A DNA stretch of 64,000 nt from Amphiscolops sp. MND2022 (taxonomy: Eukaryota), in NCBI GenBank assembly GCA_964187785.1, contig OZ076409.1:40178001-40242000 (forward strand), written 5' to 3'. The translations under genes and the position numbers were made by a program. Position 1 is the stretch's first letter. The number at the start of each line of letters is the position of its first letter. Positions 58,101 through 64,000 of the stretch are shown piece by piece. The notes beneath the pieces are model-generated. The model did not search any database. It was not told where the DNA came from and saw only the letters and a program-made list of their open reading frames with translations.

Positions 58101-59295
58101 TCTCAATGATTGGGAGTCATATATGGAGCCCAGCAAATTGCAAGCGTTTGAAAAAGTCAGCACTGACAATTTCTTACAGAATTACGAGTTTGGGGCTGAA
58201 CTACATCGTTCAAACACTGGTGAGGCGCGTGAGTTCCGCAATCGTTGTCGGGAATTTGTGGACCGGCTGGTGGACGTCATCTTGGATCAGCAGGTTGTGT
58301 CCTCGGATTTCTTCCAGGGGTTGTATTGCTTTTGCCCTGAGCTGCTCCTTGAGGGCGACGACCAGCATGTCTTTCAGCTGTTCTCTCGTCTGGTTCGCGT
58401 TCTTGAGCGATGTGGCTGTCTCTCCAGCAGTGATGCACAGTCGAGTCGTGAGGAGTTTGCCACATTCGTCGTCGATGCTAGGACGCGGCATCAGGAGTCA
58501 GAGCGAAGTGCGGAGCAGATCGAAGATGTTACTGAGTATCTGCTTTCGGATTACAGTTTCATGTCACGGAGAAGCCTCGTCCGGGTACTGAAAGTGTGCT
58601 GCTTGGTAGTGGACCGCCCTCGCAGAAAGATGCCTGACATTGAAATTGATCTGAAAGACTGTGCCGTTCCTGTTTCCGTCGTGACGTCGTCTCTGAGGGG
58701 CGTCCAAAGTCTTGTGTCTTCTCCCGGATACAAGCAGGGCGCTTTCTTCACTCAGGGAACTATGGAAAGTGTTCGCGATGCCATAGCCAGCAGTCGGAGT
58801 TTCATGTCTTGTGCCAGTTTTGACCCTTGGGAGAGTGTGTCATGTGGCGATCGTTCGGCCTTTGTGCGTCAATACTCTTCAGCCTTTGATGCTTATCTGA
58901 GCCGCAAGAAAAGTGAGGCCACGAAGCAGCTTCATAGTGCCAACCGTCAGCCGCGCCAAGTTCGTTTTTCGGAGTCTGGTGGTTCAGGCGGGTCAAGTGT
59001 CTGCAGTTCTCCTCGTGGTGGTGTGTTGCCTGCTACCTCATTTGCTATTTCTTCTCCTTTGTCTGGTTCCGATGCTGGGACGTCAAGGCAACGTACTTAT
59101 ACTGCGGAGTCTTCCTTGGCTGCTATTCTTGGGCAGAAAAAAGAGCTGAGGCCCGTCAAGAAGGCGTGTGTTGGCAAGAAAGAAGCGGGAAGTAAAAGCA
59201 CAGAGAAAGAGTCCCCTAAAGATCAGTCACACGAGGGGCCAAAAAGTGCGAAGTCGATTGGAAGACGATTGAGTCCCAAGTCCAAGAGTCACTAA
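55138..59295 (+). CDS. Spliced antisense gene within the Gypsy element; BED-like Zn finger, possibly derived from a hAT transposase
   Basis: About 8 GT-AG exons (about 55138-55264, 55400-55771, 55848-55948, 56035-56127, 56272-56864, 57000-57620, 57722-57802, 57977-59295). Contains FHCMICKRDVSMQSRGSREFVRHYSGDRH. Confidence 0.7.
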
Positions 59296-59577
59296 GATGT
59301 GTAGTCGAGACTTGATACAACTGTTGTTGTTAAACTTTAGTAGTAGTCTTTTGTGCTTCTTTTATTGCAGCCTTTGTTTATTTGATTGTAGTCGTTGCCT
59401 TTTGGCTATTTTTATTTTGCTGGATTTTAAAATTAACTGATAGTGATTGACTCCCCAGCAAAATAGTAGAAAAGAAATTGGAGTCAAAAAAATCAAGAAA
59501 AAGAGGCCGTAGTATGCCAGTAATTAATGTCGTCAGGTCGGTTTGATCTGGACACTTGATAGTGCTCTTTTCCCTTT

Positions 59578-62500
59578 CTAGTGAGTCGTAGTGATAGCGT
59601 CAAGTCTTCTAAAGTCAGGATTAGTATTGGGTTTAGGATTAGGTCGTAGATTGTATTTCGCTATTTTCCTTGGATTATATCCAACTATTGTAGGCGGCGA
59701 TTTTGGGGGAATAGGTGGGTCTTCAATGGGTGGGGGGCGTCGTATATATGGATTATCCCCCACGTCTGTAGTAAGATTTGAAAAGTCCGGAGATGGCGGC
59801 GCTTTGTCGTCCGTAGTTTCAGGTTCCTTGTCCAGTATTTGTTGCGTCGCCGGTTCGTCCTGCGTGTTCGCTACCTCTTGTGTGACTGGTTGTTGATGGT
59901 TGTTTTCGTTTTCTCGCGACTCGGACTCGTCGATCTGTTTCCCGAAATCCATTTCCCATGAGACTGCGTACCACTCATTGTGTGAAATTTTGACATCTGG
60001 ATCGGGAAGGTAATTGTCGGCTCGTACTGTGACGTCAGGCAAGCGTTGTTCTGGCACGTAAGGTCGTATGCGAATTCTGTGTAGTGTTTGTGTATATCTT
60101 GTGCCAAGTTTGCGTATTGTGTAGTTATTATTGGAAAGCACTTTGATCACTATGTACGGGCCAGTCCATATGCAGTCTTGGAACGCAAACTTCGTCGACT
60201 GGTTGTCGGCTTTCGGATTGAGTATATAACAATAATCGTTGATCTTCAGTGGAGCTGCAGATGCTTTGCGGTCGTAATATTTTTTATATTTGAGGTAGGA
60301 TAGCATTATATTGTCCTTCGCTGTCGCTCGTACCTCGTCTATTTGTTTTTGTAATTGCTCTGCTATGTCCGAGTTGGGCGTTGTTTTCCACTTTGGCTTG
60401 ATCCCCAATTTTAGGTCGAGGACATTGTAGGGTATTCGTCCGTGGAATACTGTAGATGGTTCACAGCCTAGAGTCTCGTGGTATGTTGTATTGTAGTTCA
60501 TTACAGCTATTTGGACATACTTGTGCCACATTGAACGTCGTTCACCCGTCGAAATTTTTAGTGCGGTTTTGATTGACGCGTGTGTTCTTTCTAAAATTGC
60601 CGAAAAAATGCCATACAAAAAATGCCGATCGTCTCTGCATGTTTTGTAGACGCATGGGTGATTTGAATCTCGAGTATTTGGGCTATTTCTGTGACGACTT
60701 CTGATCGAAATTGTGAGCCCTTGTCTGATAGGATTAGTGTTGGCAAGTATGCATGTCTTGTCATAACGTCGACAATGCATCGTCCGATTGTTTTCGCTGT
60801 GGCGTTCTGTGTTGGATATGCGAATAGGTAACGTGAAAATACGTCGATCATCGTAACGATGTTCTGGTATCCTGCAGAGCTTGGCAAATTTGGTAGTATG
60901 TCAATTTCAGGAATGTCCTCCGGACCAAGGACGTGTTCCGTATTGTTGATCATTTTCGGTCTGATTTGGCTGTTGTTGATTCGTTTGTATTTGATGCAGT
61001 CTTCGCATTGCATTACCCACTGTCTGATTCTTTTTGCTAGGCCGGGGTAATAGTACTTTGATCGGCATTCTTGAATCATTTTTGTAATCCCCGGGTGTTT
61101 TCCCATTTGTCCATGTATTGCCTTCAAGAGTTCTGTAACCAAGTGTTCGGGAATTAATATTTGGTGGTGGGTAACTTGTCCACATTCACCGTAGTACTTT
61201 CGCATTAATACTCCATCTTTGACAATTAGTCTGTTTTCGTGGACTAGAAGGCGTTTGGCTGTCGGATCAGTTTGTAATAGGTGTTTGTCATAATCTTCAG
61301 AAATCAGTTTCTTTTTGATTGCTTTGAAAACTAGGTTTGAATCTTGTTCGACTCTGATGCGAGCATCCTCTTTTATTGCTCCAAAGGTATAAGATGCTTT
61401 ATTTATTGGAATTGGGGTGGTTTCTTTGATGGCTAGTTTAATTTTGGACGTCTCCTCGTCGCGCGCATTTTGTCTAGCTTGTTCCTTCTGCAATAGGATT
61501 TCTTCTTCTGTGTCAATTGTTTCATCCGGAAGGAAGAAAAGCTGTTCCTCATCCGCGACGTCCGTAGATTGGAGATTCACTTGGATGGGCCTGATTGTAA
61601 TGTCCTCTCTTATTTTCAATTCAACTCGTTCTTTGGGGGTAAGTTCAATGCGTGATAAGAAATCAGCTGCAGTGTTTTGCGTACCAGCGACGTGCATTAT
61701 GTGGAAGTTGAATTGTAGCACATAGTCACACGCGTTCCACAGCGTAGGCGGTATGGCTTTTGTTTGAAAGAAGCGCGTGACTGACCTGTTATCGGTCATT
61801 ACGAGTGTTGGTAGCGTCGCTTCCCACAATATATGGCTGTATTCTAGAAATGCATGGTAAATTGCTAGGAATTCTTTGCAGTAAATAGACATTTTTAGTT
61901 GAGCTGGGGAAAATACTTTCGATCCGAATGCGACCGGCGCAACTGTCTTCTTTTATGAATTGAGTTTTTTGTCGTTGTTTTCCTCAATCATTAGTGCGTA
62001 GCCGGAGGCTCGGAAACTGGCGTCCGTCATCAGGACGTACTGTCGTCCTGTGATTGGTTGTTTGAGTTCCAAACCGCAAGCTTGCGCCAGTGCTGCGTTG
62101 ATAGCTTTGTAATGGTCAAGTAATTCTTCTGTGATTTTGATTTGTTTATCTGCTTTCAACAATTCATAGAATCCGAGTAATTTTTCTGATAATCGCGGGA
62201 TGTAATTGCGATAATAATTGACAAAACCAATGTATCTTTGTACCTGCTTTTTTGACTTTGGAAATCGTGCATTTGCCCGAAATTTTTGTATTTTATGATC
62301 TTGGGGGGCAATTCCTTGTGGAGTGATTGTTCTTCCGAGAAATTCAACCTCAGTCACCCCGAAATGGCATTTTTCTATGGTTAGTATAAGCCCCGCTTGT
62401 CTGATGCATTCGAAAACGGCTTTGATGTTACGTATCAGTTGCGTCACTGAATTGGCTGCGATCCCGATATCATCCACATATTGTGCGCACTGGTCGGCTT

Positions 62501-64000
62501 TGATCACTTTGTCTAAGTATTCTCTCATGAAACTTGAAAATGCCGACAGAGCCCTGCTCAGTCCTTGTGCTAAGCGTCTGTAGGCAAACGTCCTGCTTGC
62601 GAAGTTAAACGCCAGCATTTCAATGGATCTTTGATCTGCCATTTGTAAGCAGTGGTATGCTTGAGAGCAGTCTAATTTGCAAAATAGCTTTTTACCAGCT
62701 AGGTGTTGAGCCGCATCTGACAAGGTGCTAACTGGATGGTTATTGTTGATGTAGTCATCTGAGATTAGTGCGTTTATTTTTCGCAGGTCGACAAGTAGAC
62801 GCAATTTGCCATTTGGTTTCCTCTGTGCGAAAATTGGCTTGAATACTTTGAAAATGGTAGGGTCGTTATTATGCCGTACCTGTGCATTAGCGCCAATTCG
62901 ACTGTTAGGTCTTCTTTCAAAATGATTGGTACCGGCAAACTTTGCGTGTAAATCGGACGCTCGTCTTTCGGAGTTAATTTGACTTTGAAGCTATTGTTGA
63001 TTCCAATGTCAAGGCGATGACGCGCAAAAATGTCGTTGTATTCGATTATTGTTTGTTCAAGTTGCTTCCTGTCATTGCCTTCGATTTGGGAGCCTTCCCA
63101 CTGGAACATGTCAAGGAATTTTTGTCTTGATTCTGGGTCTTTGGTTGGATCTAAGTTTTCCTTTTGGATGAGTTCACGGATTTCCTTCAAGATCCGACGT
63201 TGGATTGGCGTATGTTCTTCTTCGTTTCCTGGATTCTCGGGTGTGGGGAACCAGAAATTTTCATCACCTTGTTCAGTTTCGTTGGCTTTCATAAGCTCGT
63301 TGATGTACATGTGTGTGTCATCAGGATCTTCTAACAATTTGAGTGCGGCGGCGTCAACTGGTCGTATTTGTTTCGTGTCCTCAGGTTTGAGGATTTGTAG
63401 TTCTGCCAGCTTTGTATGATTCTTTATTGTATGTGGGAAATCCGTTAGGTTGGCGATTCTGATGTTGAGCCTTTTGTTATGGGCTGTCGCCAGAGCTGGT
63501 GCAACAATGATTGTTGCTGTTTCATCAAATTGTGGTAGTGGTTGTACCGCACCAGTGACGTCATGCATGTTTGTGGTTATGACTATTGCGTTTACTGTTG
63601 TTGTCTGTTGAGGCGGCAGTGTCTGATGTCCTTCTGCCATTATTTGAAGCGGTTTTGGGTTGCATTTTTTCATTTCGTCTGTCATGGCTAACGTCATTTC
63701 GACGTGCGGGAAATTGATGGTTCCGTTGGCAGTGTCAATTACTGCTTGGTGATTTCTCATGAAGTTCAATCCTATGATAGGGAATGACGTTTTCGATAGG
63801 ATGACGAAGGTATTCGTGAAGGTATATGTTCCAATATTGAACTGGATGTCCGCTGTGGCTATTGGTTGTTCTAGTTGTGCGTTTGCGCATTCGATCTTGA
63901 AGGGGGGTTGAGGGTATTCTTTTATGACACAACTATCACTGTTCATTTTGATTGCGTTGTAATCTGACCAGGACATGGCATTGATGAACGCGCCTGAGTC
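59578..64000 (-). pseudogene. pol: Gypsy pol (protease, RT, RNase H, integrase), disrupted
   Basis: DSGA protease motif at the window edge; LDCSQAYH, YVDD, TDAS, H..HPG..C..C, IDVFSR and SDKGSQF. Frameshift near 62835, stop at 61953, small duplication/insertion near 60600-60625. Confidence 0.95.

Larger units (their letters stand above)
51477..64000 (-). mobile_element. Ty3/Gypsy LTR retrotransposon, 3' part (continues beyond the window)
   Basis: PR-RT-RNaseH-IN order, about 6.6 kb of extra sequence, then PPT and LTR. Confidence 0.85.

Noticed and set aside
53862..59295. env gene of an errantivirus-like element
   Set aside because: No signal peptide or transmembrane anchor was recognised, and the main gene is antisense and spliced.

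Overview
AT-rich eukaryotic (animal-like) genomic DNA with GT-AG introns, made almost entirely of nested mobile elements around one probable host gene (an SLC18B1-like MFS transporter at about 23.1-26.0 kb, minus strand, with an internally deleted Tc1 element in its central gap). The main observation is two diverged members of what looks like one family of large multi-gene DNA transposons. Element A spans <1 to about 15.6 kb; element B spans 27052-44015. Each has a spliced RAG1/Transib-like DDE transposase fused to a C-terminal BRCT-like domain, a divergently transcribed partner gene starting with a Tudor/Agenet-like domain, and a SET-domain (SETD8/PR-Set7-like) gene. Element B also carries a KDM2/KDM7-type JmjC demethylase. 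B splits one LTR of a non-autonomous LTR element, which sets its boundaries and indicates it inserted there, and it begins with a 12-RSS-like motif. The right end of the window is the 3' part of a decayed Ty3/Gypsy retrotransposon (pol on minus) that carries an antisense, intron-containing, hAT-like extra gene before its 3' LTR. Several MITEs, tandem repeats (36, 82/164, 171 and about 245 bp) and a 74-bp-arm palindrome are also present. Many frameshifts are single-base slips in homopolymers, so some may be assembly errors. All family assignments come from motif recognition by eye; no database search was run.
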